DNA of 64,000 nt from Flectonema sp. DT1601 (GCA_964019425.1 OZ025800.1:1116001-1180000); one strand, 5' to 3'; positions 27,171 through 38,297 are shown, counted from the first letter of the stretch. Made by a program: numbers and translations. Notes: generated from the letters alone by a model not told the origin.

Positions 27171-29432
27171 ATGGCCTATTTTTATTACTCTAAGTCTGAT
27201 ACTCCGAGTGAAAAATCCCGAAAAAAAATAGTTCTTGTCTGCTTAGTTTTCTGTACTATCTTGGGGCTGATGATGGTACTAGAAGTTGGAGGAAAACAGG
27301 GATTCTTGCTGAGGATAGTTGCGCAAATCCAAATGGTGCTAAACTTTATTGCATGCCTAAAGTGGGGAATTACAAAGAAACAAACTACAAATGAAATTAG
27401 TTTTTTATTATTTTGTTGGGTCATATGTGTAATGGTTGGTGACTTACGAGGTGCTTCTGAAATGGGAACACGAGTATGGCCACTCGCGATAGTAGTTTTT
27501 GACATGGTATTGTTATGTGCCCTTTCTAGACAGTTGTTGGATATTATGGTGGCAATGCTAGTGTTATATTTGTTTCTTGAAACATCTGAACATATTTTCC
27601 GATTTGGTCTCTATGAAATCACTGATGGAACAAAAATGGTCTACCTCTTAAATTGTGTTGATCCTACTGAAGAACAAATTAAAGCCTCTCCCTGCAAAAT
27701 ACCAACTGGTCCTGTTTTAACTTCGATGACATTTTCTGTAGGAGTGCTTCTGTTGGACTTATACTGTACTCGAGGGTTCGCCATGGGAATGCGACAAGAA
27801 AAAAAGGCTCTTAATGACAGTGTCTCCCTCGCAGAAGCGGTAGTCGCAGCACTCGTTCGATTTGATTTAGATGAGGCAAAGGAAAGGATTGACAATGCGG
27901 AAAACACACCCCTAACAGAGGTCCTCGGATGTTTACTTTACAATCTCCATCAGTACCGTCCGTACTTACCTGACACTTTGTTCGAACTTTCTGAACAAAG
28001 TCAACCACAGGTATCTTCACACATCCCTCAGGGAAACATTGCCGTAGTGTTCACTGACTTGAAGTCATCAACTGCAATCTGGGAGTCTTCACCAGATGCT
28101 ATGAAGAGAGCGCTAAAAATTCATAACAAAATCATCCGATCCTGCATTGCTGACTTCTTTGGTTACGAGGTGAAGACTATCGGGGATTCTTTTATGGTGG
28201 CGTTCGATACCTTGGCGGACGGCTGTTGCTTTGCGATGGCTGTGCAAGAAGGGTTTGCCAGCGCAATTTGGCCATCGGATTTGGAGTTGCCGACTCTGTT
28301 TGAGTCCAACGGTTGGAACGGGTTGATGGTCAGGATCGGTCTCTGTTTCGGAGAAGTAGAAATGGAAGTGAATCCTGTTAATGGCCGGACTGACTACTTT
28401 GGTCGAACAGTCAACAAAGCAGCTCGTTTAGAAGGAGCATGTATTCCTGGTGGTGTCGCTATTGATTCGTCACAAGTTGGCGACATCACAATTCGTGATA
28501 CCTGGAAGTACCGAGCGATTAGTCAACACTTGAAGGGAATAGATGACAAGCCTGTCTCTATTACTGTTTTATTTCACGACAATATCGAATCCACTTCTTC
28601 AATTTGTGCTGAAGAACGCAGCAGATGTAGTTCTAAACTTACATCAGGGTCTTTTAGTATAAGAAAGTTATCAAAAACATTTCAACTAGCCAGCAAGAGT
28701 TGTGCAACAGTTAGTGTTGTTCAGATTCCAGTACACAAAATCCAACCAGGACAGTTAGAGTTTCAGTGTTTAATTAACTTTGAATTGGGAAGAGCAATTT
28801 CATACTTAGAAAGAACAGAAGGATCAATAATATCAGTGTTGTCTTCATGTATTACTATTGGATGGAATACTACGAGAGCATCAACTTCTCACTTTCAAAA
28901 TGCTCTGAGATTCATATCCTTAATGCATGGACACTACCAATCACAATTAGATGCTGATGTCCACATTGGTGTCTCATCAAGTGCGGTAAGTTCTGGGACT
29001 GTTGGTACAACAGAGCAGAGATTCATAACAGTTTTTGGAGACTGCTTGAGGATGTCTATGTTGCTATGTCAAGCTGGTTGTGATATCGGTGCCTTTGCTC
29101 TCTGTGCGAACATTCCAATTGAGTTCCCTCTCATGCGACCAATTGACTGCTGGAATCAGTTAGAAGGAAATAAGATTATCGTCCACGAACTCCGTGTTAG
29201 TAAATTAAGGGAGTGGTCTTCTGCAAGGGTAGGCGACCTGACTTCTATCCTCGAAAGCACTGACTGGGGTTGGGGTGATGGGTACCAGGATGCCTTTCAA
29301 AGAGGTGATTGGCAACAAATTGATTCCCTCAGAGCTAAGTCTGACAATATTTTACAAACAGTCGTGGAAATGCTCAGCAAAGGTAAGTCACTGCGACCTA
29401 CGATTACAACACACGAAGTAACTTGCTCATAA
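27171..29432 (+). CDS. Multi-pass membrane class III adenylate cyclase, type A
   Basis: About 6 N-terminal hydrophobic helices; catalytic motifs VVFTDLKSST, YEVKTIGDSFMVAF (Lys indicates ATP specificity), DYFGRTVNKAAR; degenerate second cyclase-like domain. Confidence 0.92.
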   Translation: MAYFYYSKSDTPSEKSRKKIVLVCLVFCTILGLMMVLEVGGKQGFLLRIVAQIQMVLNFIACLKWGITKKQTTNEISFLLFCWVICVMVGDLRGASEMGTRVWPLAIVVFDMVLLCALSRQLLDIMVAMLVLYLFLETSEHIFRFGLYEITDGTKMVYLLNCVDPTEEQIKASPCKIPTGPVLTSMTFSVGVLLLDLYCTRGFAMGMRQEKKALNDSVSLAEAVVAALVRFDLDEAKERIDNAENTPLTEVLGCLLYNLHQYRPYLPDTLFELSEQSQPQVSSHIPQGNIAVVFTDLKSSTAIWESSPDAMKRALKIHNKIIRSCIADFFGYEVKTIGDSFMVAFDTLADGCCFAMAVQEGFASAIWPSDLELPTLFESNGWNGLMVRIGLCFGEVEMEVNPVNGRTDYFGRTVNKAARLEGACIPGGVAIDSSQVGDITIRDTWKYRAISQHLKGIDDKPVSITVLFHDNIESTSSICAEERSRCSSKLTSGSFSIRKLSKTFQLASKSCATVSVVQIPVHKIQPGQLEFQCLINFELGRAISYLERTEGSIISVLSSCITIGWNTTRASTSHFQNALRFISLMHGHYQSQLDADVHIGVSSSAVSSGTVGTTEQRFITVFGDCLRMSMLLCQAGCDIGAFALCANIPIEFPLMRPIDCWNQLEGNKIIVHELRVSKLREWSSARVGDLTSILESTDWGWGDGYQDAFQRGDWQQIDSLRAKSDNILQTVVEMLSKGKSLRPTITTHEVTCS

Positions 29433-29778
29433 CACCTCTCTGATATTTAATAAGTTGTACCTTGCAATTGATTCATCAATCATTGACGTCGATACGAGAC
29501 TGTTGTGTTGTAAACTAATGGAGCAAATTATTTTTGATATTATCACCAGTCTTGCCTGCGTTCAGGTAGTTCATTGTGTGTTTTAGTAAAGGGTTTTTAC
29601 TCCTTTTCGACTGCGGTAGCTGTTGGATTGTGATTGACAGTATTTGATGTGATATCTTACGATTTCAATACTACTGTTGTGATGAAGTGATCATTTACAC
29701 TTAAGAAAGTTGTATCCTTATTTGTACCTCAGCCAAAATTTTGTTCTCTAAAATTAATATGAGGGAAAAAGGTGATTC

Positions 29779-29814
<36 letters not shown>

Positions 29815-29951
29815 TTTTTTCTTAATTTGTATTTCATGTCGTGGCTCTTCAGTTTATCAACTGTGTGAGATTACTTATTTAGTAATGAACAACATGTAGT
29901 GATTTGGGTAACTAATTCTCAACTTGACAGGGAAACAAACAAAACAATTAA

Positions 29952-31697
29952 CCCTTACACCACCGTAAGAACCCCCAAAACGATGGGTCCAAAATTTTAC
30001 TGTTTTTTCAAAAAGAGAAAAGGTACCCCCCCAGAAAACCTATGTACCAAACCGGACACAACTACTCCTACGGGTCAATAGCACCTGTCACCCACACACC
30101 TAACGGTGCGTACCTTGGTGCGTTGTTGCACATTCAGCAGAACTAACAAAGTCGGCAGTGTCGCAATAACGTACTCAACGGTTTCCATTCATAGCAGCTG
30201 CATGTTATTCCCTTCCTGTATTTTGAAAGGGATGATGTTTCTGCGCAACATCATGTCAGAGGGAGCCCAAGTAAAGAGAATGCCAAATCACGGCCGATAT
30301 TAAATCGAAAAATCAGATTTTTTCCCTGTTTTTTGAGCTTGTAAAAGCCCTCTGTGGTCGCGGAAAATACACAAACAACCCGCATCATGGCACAGCAGGT
30401 TCAGACACACAGGAGGATTACCGCATCGGGGTTGATAAGCTCGAAAAATACAAATAACATCGATCCCAGATCATGGAACTTCATTAGTAACAGTGCAGCT
30501 ACTTAGATCAGACCGTGTTGGGCTGGATCTATAAACTTCCACCTCTTTACCCCACCAGCCTGGCATACTGGATTTTGGGAAGTTGGCGGTTTAGGATCAT
30601 CACAAGGAATTTTGTAGTTTTGGAGAATGTGATACCTTTTGAAATATGGGTAAGCACAAAGCGCTTGGTTGCATCGCTCACAGTAATCTAGTGATTGTGC
30701 GCGCTTTGCGCGAACTGCACACTGACGAGCCTTTTCCATCTTTCCGGGGTAGTGTCCCAAAGCTGGCTTGAGGCGATCAGGGATTGATACTGATTGTGGA
30801 GAAGGCGGTACTGATGGTGTTATTAATAGTGTTGGTGCCGCTCTGGTACGTTTAAATGTACCTAAGCTGCCCAAAACAAAGCCAATTTGAAGGATAAGAA
30901 TCTCTTGCTTCTCCAGCCAAACCCGCAAACTCCAGCCAGATTCACTACTATCCGTCCAAATTCCACCATGCCCACGTCGCATCAGGATAAAGGAATTCAA
31001 AATACACGTCTCCACTCTCATGCTCGGGAGCAGGTAATATCGCAGAGAAGTGTAAGTTCCTCAGTATTTCGGCAAAGCGATTACGTGAAAACACTTGCGG
31101 AAAGAACAACAGGGGGGTCAACAGCATGTCATTCAAACCCCAGGAATCCCCCAGGTTAGATTTTATTGGGAGGCGCGTCAGTAGTGTTGTGCCAACAAAG
31201 GCCCTTCGCTCCTGCGTACTGGTTTTAAATTTTCTTCCCCTCTGTGAGGCATAGACCTCAGAGTTTTTCTTCATCAGCTGGAAAACTGATTATCCGGAGA
31301 AAAACTCAAAAACCTGCAGCTCCGACTTGCGTGCAACTCTAATCTTTAACGTTTCTTGGAAACGCGTTTTTATTCTTGGTAACCCTTGTCTCTTGTTACT
31401 TGGAGTCAGATACTTCGTCAAGTGACGAATCGGAGCACACCGACGATGGATTAACAAATACTGTTGCATCCTCATCAGAACTGTGGACCGACATATTTCC
31501 CAAGTTGATTTTGGCCAGCTTTAGCAAATGGAAAATTTACTATTTAATAAAAACTATTGCGGCGCAATACGTAAGGAACATAAAAGACATCGCAATAATA
31601 CCTCTCCCGTGAAATCGTTGTACTCAGAAATGCAAAATTTTCACTTAGCAAAATTTTTTTTTTTCAGACTGATATATCAGCTCCGGTGGTGTAAGGG
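29952..31697 (-). mobile_element. Non-autonomous piggyBac-like DNA transposon (1,746 bp)
   Basis: TTAA at 29948-29951 and 31698-31701; perfect 14-bp TIR CCCTTACACCACCG; empty site with a single TTAA at 35809-35812 in the duplicated unit; minus-strand transposase relics. Confidence 0.95.
30503..31475 (-). pseudogene. Internally deleted, frameshifted piggyBac transposase relic
   Basis: AFVG...FSRNRFAEILRNLHF (30948-31274) matches the piggyBac transposase N-terminal core motif; HYP...QCAV...YCERCNQALCAYPYFKRYH (30503-31021) matches the C-terminal Cys-rich domain; no DDD catalytic core seen. Confidence 0.85.
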
Positions 31698-31732
31698 TTA
31701 AATACTATTAGTAGTTGGACAGATTAATTAAG

Positions 31733-34042
31733 ATGCCAAGTTTGTATTTTTCCCATTCGGATTCACTGTTTGGGAGGTATCGTAAAAGAATAATGCTTGT
31801 GTGCACAATTTTGAGCACTGCTTTGTTACTTTTTACCGTAACCGAGAGCGGAGGAAGCCAAGGTATCTTCCTGTTGTCTGTCGCTCGTATCCAGTTGGGG
31901 ATAAATGCGATCGCGATGTTAAAGTGGACAATAACAAAAAAGCAAACTACGCGTGAAGTTGGATTAATTGTGTTAGCATGGACTTGTACGGTGCTGTGTG
32001 CAGATTTAAAGAATGTAAGTGAAATGGGCCCCCGGGTATGGCCCATGGGGATTCTAATCCTTGATGTGGTGTTATTGTGTGCCTTACCTCGATATGTACT
32101 AACTTTAGTGCTCTCCTTACTGGGGCTGTACTTAAGTGTTGAGACTTTCGAATCGGTATTCCGATTAGGCCTTTACGACATCCCTGACGCCACAAAAATG
32201 AAATACATAAAAACTTGTATTGATGCAACGGATGTACAACTCAAAGCCTCTCCTTGTAAGTTGCCTGCTGCATCATCCTTTTCTGTGTTGGTGATGAAAT
32301 TAGGAGTGCTGCTGGTGGATGTCTACTGTACTCGAGGGTTCGCCATGGGAATGCGACAAGAAAAAAAGGCTCTTAATGACAGTGTCTCCCTCGCAGAAGC
32401 GGTAGTCGCAGCACTCGTTCGATTTGATTTAGATGAGGCAAAGGAAAGGATTGACAATGCGGAAAACACACCCCTAACAGAGGTCCTCGGATGTTTACTT
32501 TACAATCTCCATCAGTACCGTCCGTACTTACCTGACACTTTGTTCGAACTTTCTGAACAAAGTCAACCACAGGTATCTTCACACATCCCTCAGGGAAACA
32601 TTGCCGTAGTGTTCACTGACTTGAAGTCATCAACTGCAATCTGGGAGTCTTCACCAGATGCTATGAAGAGAGCGCTAAAAATTCATAACAAAATCATCCG
32701 ATCCTGCATTGCTGACTTCTTTGGTTACGAGGTGAAGACTATCGGGGATTCTTTTATGGTGGCGTTCGATACCTTGGCGGACGGCTGTTGCTTTGCGATG
32801 GCTGTGCAAGAAGGGTTTGCCAGCGCAATTTGGCCATCGGATTTGGAGTTGCCGACTCTGTTTGAGTCCAACGGTTGGAACGGGTTGATGGTCAGGATCG
32901 GTGTCTGTTTTGGAGAAGTAGAAATGGAAGTGAATCCCGTTAATGGCCGGACTGACTACTTTGGTCGAACAGTCAACAAAGCAGCTCGTTTAGAAGGAGC
33001 ATGTATTCCTGGTGGTGTCGCTATTGATTCGTCACAAGTTGGCGACGTCACAATTCGTGATACCTGGAAGTACCGAGCGATTAGTCAACACTTGAAGGGA
33101 ATAGATGACAAGCCTGTCTCTATTACTGTTTTATTTCACGACGAAATCGATGCAATTTCAGTAACAACCAAGTCTTTAGACAGACTCCTTGACACTCATT
33201 CCTTACCTAGGCAATCAAGGGTTTTTCAACTAGTCAACAAGAGTTGTGCAACAGTTAGTGTTGTCCAGATGCCAATCAGCAGCAGTTCTGAAGGTCTCAA
33301 CGAATCACTAATTAACACTGCACTCAACAAGACGATTAGTTGTTTAGAAAGAACAGAAGGATCAATAATATCAGTGTTGTCTTCATGTATTACTATTGGA
33401 TGGAATACTACGAGAGCATCAACTTCTCACTTTCAAAATGCTCTGAGATTCATATCCTTAATGCATGGACACTACCAATCACAATTAGATACTGATGTCC
33501 ACATTGGTGTCTCATCAAGTGCGGTAAGTTCTGGGACTGTTGGTACAACAGAGCAGAGATTCGTAACAGTTTTTGGAGACTGCTTGAGGATGTCTATGTT
33601 GCTATGTCAAGCTGGTTGTGATATCGGTGCCTTTGCTCTCTGTGCGAACATTCCAATTGAGTTCCCTCTCATGCGACCAATTGACTGCTGGATGCAGGCT
33701 GGAGGTACGACAGTTACAATCTTTGAAGTCCGCGTTGAGGAATTGAAGAAGTGGTTGACAACTAAAACTACACTTCTTGAAGATGATATCTCAGTTATCC
33801 AGGAAAACACTGACTGGGGATGGAGTGTTGATTACAAGGAAGCCTTTGAAAGAAGAGACTGGCAATTAGTTGACGACAATCAATGCTGTATGGACAGCAT
33901 TCTAGTGAGTGTAGTTGAGTTACTCAAGAAAGGAAGATCTTTACGACCAACACTAAGTAGACGACCGCTAACTGGTATCGACTACCTGGGCCCAAGTGAA
34001 AAACTACTAAGCGCTGGTGTGAAGACAAGGTCTAGTAGCTGA
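31733..34042 (+). CDS. Multi-pass membrane adenylate cyclase, type B (copy 1)
   Basis: Same catalytic motifs as type A, with a divergent TM N-terminus and C-terminus; first ATG at 31733. Confidence 0.92.
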   Translation: MPSLYFSHSDSLFGRYRKRIMLVCTILSTALLLFTVTESGGSQGIFLLSVARIQLGINAIAMLKWTITKKQTTREVGLIVLAWTCTVLCADLKNVSEMGPRVWPMGILILDVVLLCALPRYVLTLVLSLLGLYLSVETFESVFRLGLYDIPDATKMKYIKTCIDATDVQLKASPCKLPAASSFSVLVMKLGVLLVDVYCTRGFAMGMRQEKKALNDSVSLAEAVVAALVRFDLDEAKERIDNAENTPLTEVLGCLLYNLHQYRPYLPDTLFELSEQSQPQVSSHIPQGNIAVVFTDLKSSTAIWESSPDAMKRALKIHNKIIRSCIADFFGYEVKTIGDSFMVAFDTLADGCCFAMAVQEGFASAIWPSDLELPTLFESNGWNGLMVRIGVCFGEVEMEVNPVNGRTDYFGRTVNKAARLEGACIPGGVAIDSSQVGDVTIRDTWKYRAISQHLKGIDDKPVSITVLFHDEIDAISVTTKSLDRLLDTHSLPRQSRVFQLVNKSCATVSVVQMPISSSSEGLNESLINTALNKTISCLERTEGSIISVLSSCITIGWNTTRASTSHFQNALRFISLMHGHYQSQLDTDVHIGVSSSAVSSGTVGTTEQRFVTVFGDCLRMSMLLCQAGCDIGAFALCANIPIEFPLMRPIDCWMQAGGTTVTIFEVRVEELKKWLTTKTTLLEDDISVIQENTDWGWSVDYKEAFERRDWQLVDDNQCCMDSILVSVVELLKKGRSLRPTLSRRPLTGIDYLGPSEKLLSAGVKTRSSS

Positions 34043-34186
34043 ACTGTTTACTAACACTGACTACATAACTTCCCTCAATTTCTTTGAGAACGAAAATAAT
34101 CTTCGGAAATTCCCCAGCAAGTCCTCCACTGAAAAAGTACTGCTTTGCAGCGGTACCATTGTTGGTAGTTATTTAGAGGTTTGTTT

Positions 34187-35293
34187 ATGGTCAGGATCGG
34201 TCTCTTTTTTGGAGAAGTAGAAATGGAAGTGAATCCTGTTAATGGCCGGACTGACTACTTTGGTCGAACAGTCAACAAAGCAGCTCGTTTAGAAGGAGCA
34301 TGTATTCCTGGTGGTGTCGCTATTGATTCGTCACAAGTTGGCGACATCACAATTCGTGATACCTGGAAGTACCGAGCGATTAGTCAACACTTGAAGGGAA
34401 TAGATGACAAGCCTGTCTCTATTACTGTTTTATTTCACGACAATATCGAATCCACTTCTTCAATTTGTGCTGAAGAACGCAGCAGATGTAGTTCTAAACT
34501 TACATCAGGGTCTTTTAGTATAAGAAAGTTATCAAAAACATTTCAACTAGCCAGCAAGAGTTGTGCAACAGTTAGTGTTGTTCAGATTCCAGTACACAAA
34601 ATCCAACCAGGACAGTTAGAGTTTCAGTGTTTAATTAACTTTGAATTGGGAAGAGCAATTTCATACTTAGAAAGAACAGAAGGATCAATAATATCAGTGT
34701 TGTCTTCATGTATTACTATTGGATGGAATACTACGAGAGCATCAACTTCTCACTTTCAAAATGCTCTGAGATTCATATCCTTAATGCATGGACACTACCA
34801 ATCACAATTAGATGCTGATGTCCACATTGGTGTCTCATCAAGTGCGGTAAGTTCTGGGACTGTTGGTACAACAGAGCAGAGATTCATAACAGTTTTTGGA
34901 GACTGCTTGAGGATGTCTATGTTGCTATGTCAAGCTGGTTGTGATATCGGTGCCTTTGCTCTCTGTGCGAACATTCCAATTGAGTTCCCTCTCATGCGAC
35001 CAATTGACTGCTGGAATCAGTTAGAAGGAAATAAGATTATCGTCCACGAACTCCGTGTTAGTAAATTAAGGGAGTGGTCTTCTGCAAGGGTAGGCGACCT
35101 GACTTCTATCCTCGAAAGCACTGACTGGGGTTGGGGTGATGGGTACCAGGATGCCTTTCAAAGAGGTGATTGGCAACAAATTGATTCCCTCAGAGCTAAG
35201 TCTGACAATATTTTACAAACAGTCGTGGAAATGCTCAGCAAAGGTAAGTCACTGCGACCTACGATTACAACACACGAAGTAACTTGCTCATAA
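34187..35293 (+). pseudogene. 5'-truncated duplicate of adenylate cyclase A (open frame, but lacks the TM region and both metal-binding Asp)
   Basis: Near-identical to 28326-29432, starting at MVRIG; the sequence upstream is the B 3' flank. Confidence 0.8.
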
Positions 35294-35639
35294 CACCTCT
35301 CTGATATTTAATAAGTTGTACCTTGCAATTGATTCATCAATCATTGACGTCGATACGAGACTGTTGTGTTGTAAACTAATGGAGCAAATTATTTTTGATA
35401 TTATCACCAGTCTTGCCTGCGTTCAGGTAGTTCATTGTGTGTTTTAGTAAAGGGTTTTTACTCCTTTTCGACTGCGGTAGCTGTTGGATTGTGATTGACA
35501 GTATTTGATGTGATATCTTACGATTTCAATACTACTGTTGTGATGAAGTGATCATTTACACTTAAGAAAGTTGTATCCTTATTTGTACCTCAGCCAAAAT
35601 TTTGTTCTCTAAAATTAATATGAGGGAAAAAGGTGATTC

Positions 35640-35675
<36 letters not shown>

Positions 35676-35843
35676 TTTTTTCTTAATTTGTATTTCATGT
35701 CGTGGCTCTTCAGTTTATCAACTGTGTGAGATTACTTATTTAGTAATGAACAACATGTAGTGATTTGGGTAACTAATTCTCAACTTGACAGGGAAACAAA
35801 CAAAACAATTAAATACTATTAGTAGTTGGACAGATTAATTAAG

Positions 35844-38153
35844 ATGCCAAGTTTGTATTTTTCCCATTCGGATTCACTGTTTGGGAGGTATCGTAAAAGA
35901 ATAATGCTTGTGGGCACAATTTTGAGCACTGCTTTGTTACTTTTTACCGTAACCGAGAGCGGAGGAAGCCAAGGTATCTTCCTGTTGTCTGCCGCTCGTA
36001 TCCAGTTGGGGATAAATGCGATCGCGATGTTAAAGTGGACAATAACAAAAAAGCAAACTACGCGTGAAGTTGGATTAATGGTGTTAGCATGGACTTGTAC
36101 GGTGCTGTGTGCAGATTTAAAGAATGTAAGTGAAATGGGCCCCCGGGTATGGCCCATGGGGATTCTAATCCTTGATGTGGTGTTATTGTGTGCCTTACCT
36201 CGATATGTACTAACTTTAGTGCTCTCCTTACTGGGGCTGTACTTAAGTATTGAGACTTTCGAATCGGTATTCCGATTAGGCCTTTACGACATCCCTGACG
36301 CCACAAAAATGAAATACATAAAAACTTGTATTGATGCAACGGATGTACAACTCAAAGCCTCTCCTTGTAAGTTGCCTGCTGCATCATCCTTTACTGTGTT
36401 GGTGATGAGATTAGGAGTGCTGCTGGTGGATGTCTACTGTACTCGAGGGTTCGCCATGGGAATGCGACAAGAAAAAAAGGCTCTTAATAACAGTGTCTCC
36501 CTCGCAGAAGCGGTAGTCGCAGCACTCGTTCGATTTGATTTAGATGAGGCAAAGGAAAGGATTGACAATGCGGAAAACACACCCCTAACAGAGGTCCTCG
36601 GATGTTTACTTTACAATCTCCATCAGTACCGTCCGTACTTACCTGACACTTTGTTCGAACTTTCTGAACAAAGTCAACCACAGGTATCTTCACACATCCC
36701 TCAGGGAAACATTGCCGTAGTGTTCACTGACTTGAAGTCATCAACTGCAATCTGGGAGTCTTCACCAGATGCTATGAAGAGAGCGCTAAAAATTCATAAC
36801 AAAATCATCCGATCCTGCATTGCTGACTTCTTTGGTTACGAGGTGAAGACTATCGGGGATTCTTTTATGGTGGCGTTCGATACCTTGGCGGACGGCTGTT
36901 GCTTTGCGATGGCTGTGCAAGAAGGGTTTGCCAGCGCAATTTGGCCATCGGATTTGGAGTTGCCGACTCTGTTTGAGTCCAACGGTTGGAACGGGTTGAT
37001 GGTCAGGATCGGTGTCTGTTTTGGAGAAGTAGAAATGGAAGTGAATCCCGTTAATAGCCGGACTGACTACTTTGGTCGAACAGTCAACAAAGCAGCTCGT
37101 TTAGAAGGAGCATGTATTCCTGGTGGTGTCGCTATTGATTCGTCACAAGTTGGCGACATCACAATTCGTGATACCTGGAAGTACCGAGCGATTAGTCAAC
37201 ACTTGAAGGGAATAGATGACAAGCCTGTCTCTATTACTGTTTTATTTCACGACGAAATCGATGCAATTTCAGTAACAACCAAGTCTTTAGACAGACTCCT
37301 TGACACTCATTCCTTACCTAGGCAATCAAGGGTTTTTCAACTAGTCAACAAGAGTTGTGCAACAGTTAGTGTTGTCCAGATGCCAATCAGCAGCAGTTCT
37401 GAAGGTCTCAACGAATCACTAATTAACACTGCACTCAACAAGACGATTAGTTGTTTAGAAAGAACAGAAGGATCAATAATATCAGTGTTGTCTTCATGTA
37501 TTACTATTGGATGGAATACTACGAGAGCATCAACTTCTCACTTTCAAAATGCTCTGAGATTCATATCCTTAATGCATGGACACTACCAATCACAATTAGA
37601 TACTGATGTCCACATTGGTGTCTCATCAAGTGCGGTAAGTTCTGGGACTGTTGGTACAACAGAGCAGAGATTCGTAACAGTTTTTGGAGACTGCTTGAGG
37701 ATGTCTATGTTGCTATGTCAAGCTGGTTGTGATATCGGTGCCTTTGCTCTCTGTGCGAACATTCCAATTGAGTTCCCTCTCATGCGACCAATTGACTGCT
37801 GGATGCAGGCTGGAGGTACGACAGTTACAATCTTTGAAGTCCGCGTTGAGGAATTGAAGAAGTGGTTGACAACTAAAACTACACTTCTTGAAGATGATAT
37901 CTCAGTTATCCAGGAAAACACTGACTGGGGATGGAGTGTTGATTACAAGGAAGCCTTTGAAAGAAGAGACTGGCAATTAGTTGACGACAATCAATGCTGT
38001 ATGGACAGCATTCTAGTGAGTGTAGTTGAGTTACTCAAGAAAGGAAGATCTTTACGACCAACACTAAGTAGACGACCGCTAACTGGTATCGACTACCTGG
38101 GCCCAAGTGAAAAACTACTAAGCGCTGGTGTGAAGACAAGGTCTAGTAGCTGA
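35844..38153 (+). CDS. Multi-pass membrane adenylate cyclase, type B (copy 2)
   Basis: Near-identical to 31733-34042, with 9 amino acid differences. Confidence 0.92.
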   Translation: MPSLYFSHSDSLFGRYRKRIMLVGTILSTALLLFTVTESGGSQGIFLLSAARIQLGINAIAMLKWTITKKQTTREVGLMVLAWTCTVLCADLKNVSEMGPRVWPMGILILDVVLLCALPRYVLTLVLSLLGLYLSIETFESVFRLGLYDIPDATKMKYIKTCIDATDVQLKASPCKLPAASSFTVLVMRLGVLLVDVYCTRGFAMGMRQEKKALNNSVSLAEAVVAALVRFDLDEAKERIDNAENTPLTEVLGCLLYNLHQYRPYLPDTLFELSEQSQPQVSSHIPQGNIAVVFTDLKSSTAIWESSPDAMKRALKIHNKIIRSCIADFFGYEVKTIGDSFMVAFDTLADGCCFAMAVQEGFASAIWPSDLELPTLFESNGWNGLMVRIGVCFGEVEMEVNPVNSRTDYFGRTVNKAARLEGACIPGGVAIDSSQVGDITIRDTWKYRAISQHLKGIDDKPVSITVLFHDEIDAISVTTKSLDRLLDTHSLPRQSRVFQLVNKSCATVSVVQMPISSSSEGLNESLINTALNKTISCLERTEGSIISVLSSCITIGWNTTRASTSHFQNALRFISLMHGHYQSQLDTDVHIGVSSSAVSSGTVGTTEQRFVTVFGDCLRMSMLLCQAGCDIGAFALCANIPIEFPLMRPIDCWMQAGGTTVTIFEVRVEELKKWLTTKTTLLEDDISVIQENTDWGWSVDYKEAFERRDWQLVDDNQCCMDSILVSVVELLKKGRSLRPTLSRRPLTGIDYLGPSEKLLSAGVKTRSSS

Positions 38154-38297
38154 ACTGTTTACTAACACTGACTACATAACTTCCCTCAATTTCTTTGAGA
38201 ACGAAAATAATCTTCGGAAATTCCCCAGCAAGTCCTCCACTGAAAAAGTACTGCTTTGCAGCAGTACCATTGTTGGTAGTTATTTAGAGGTTTGTTT

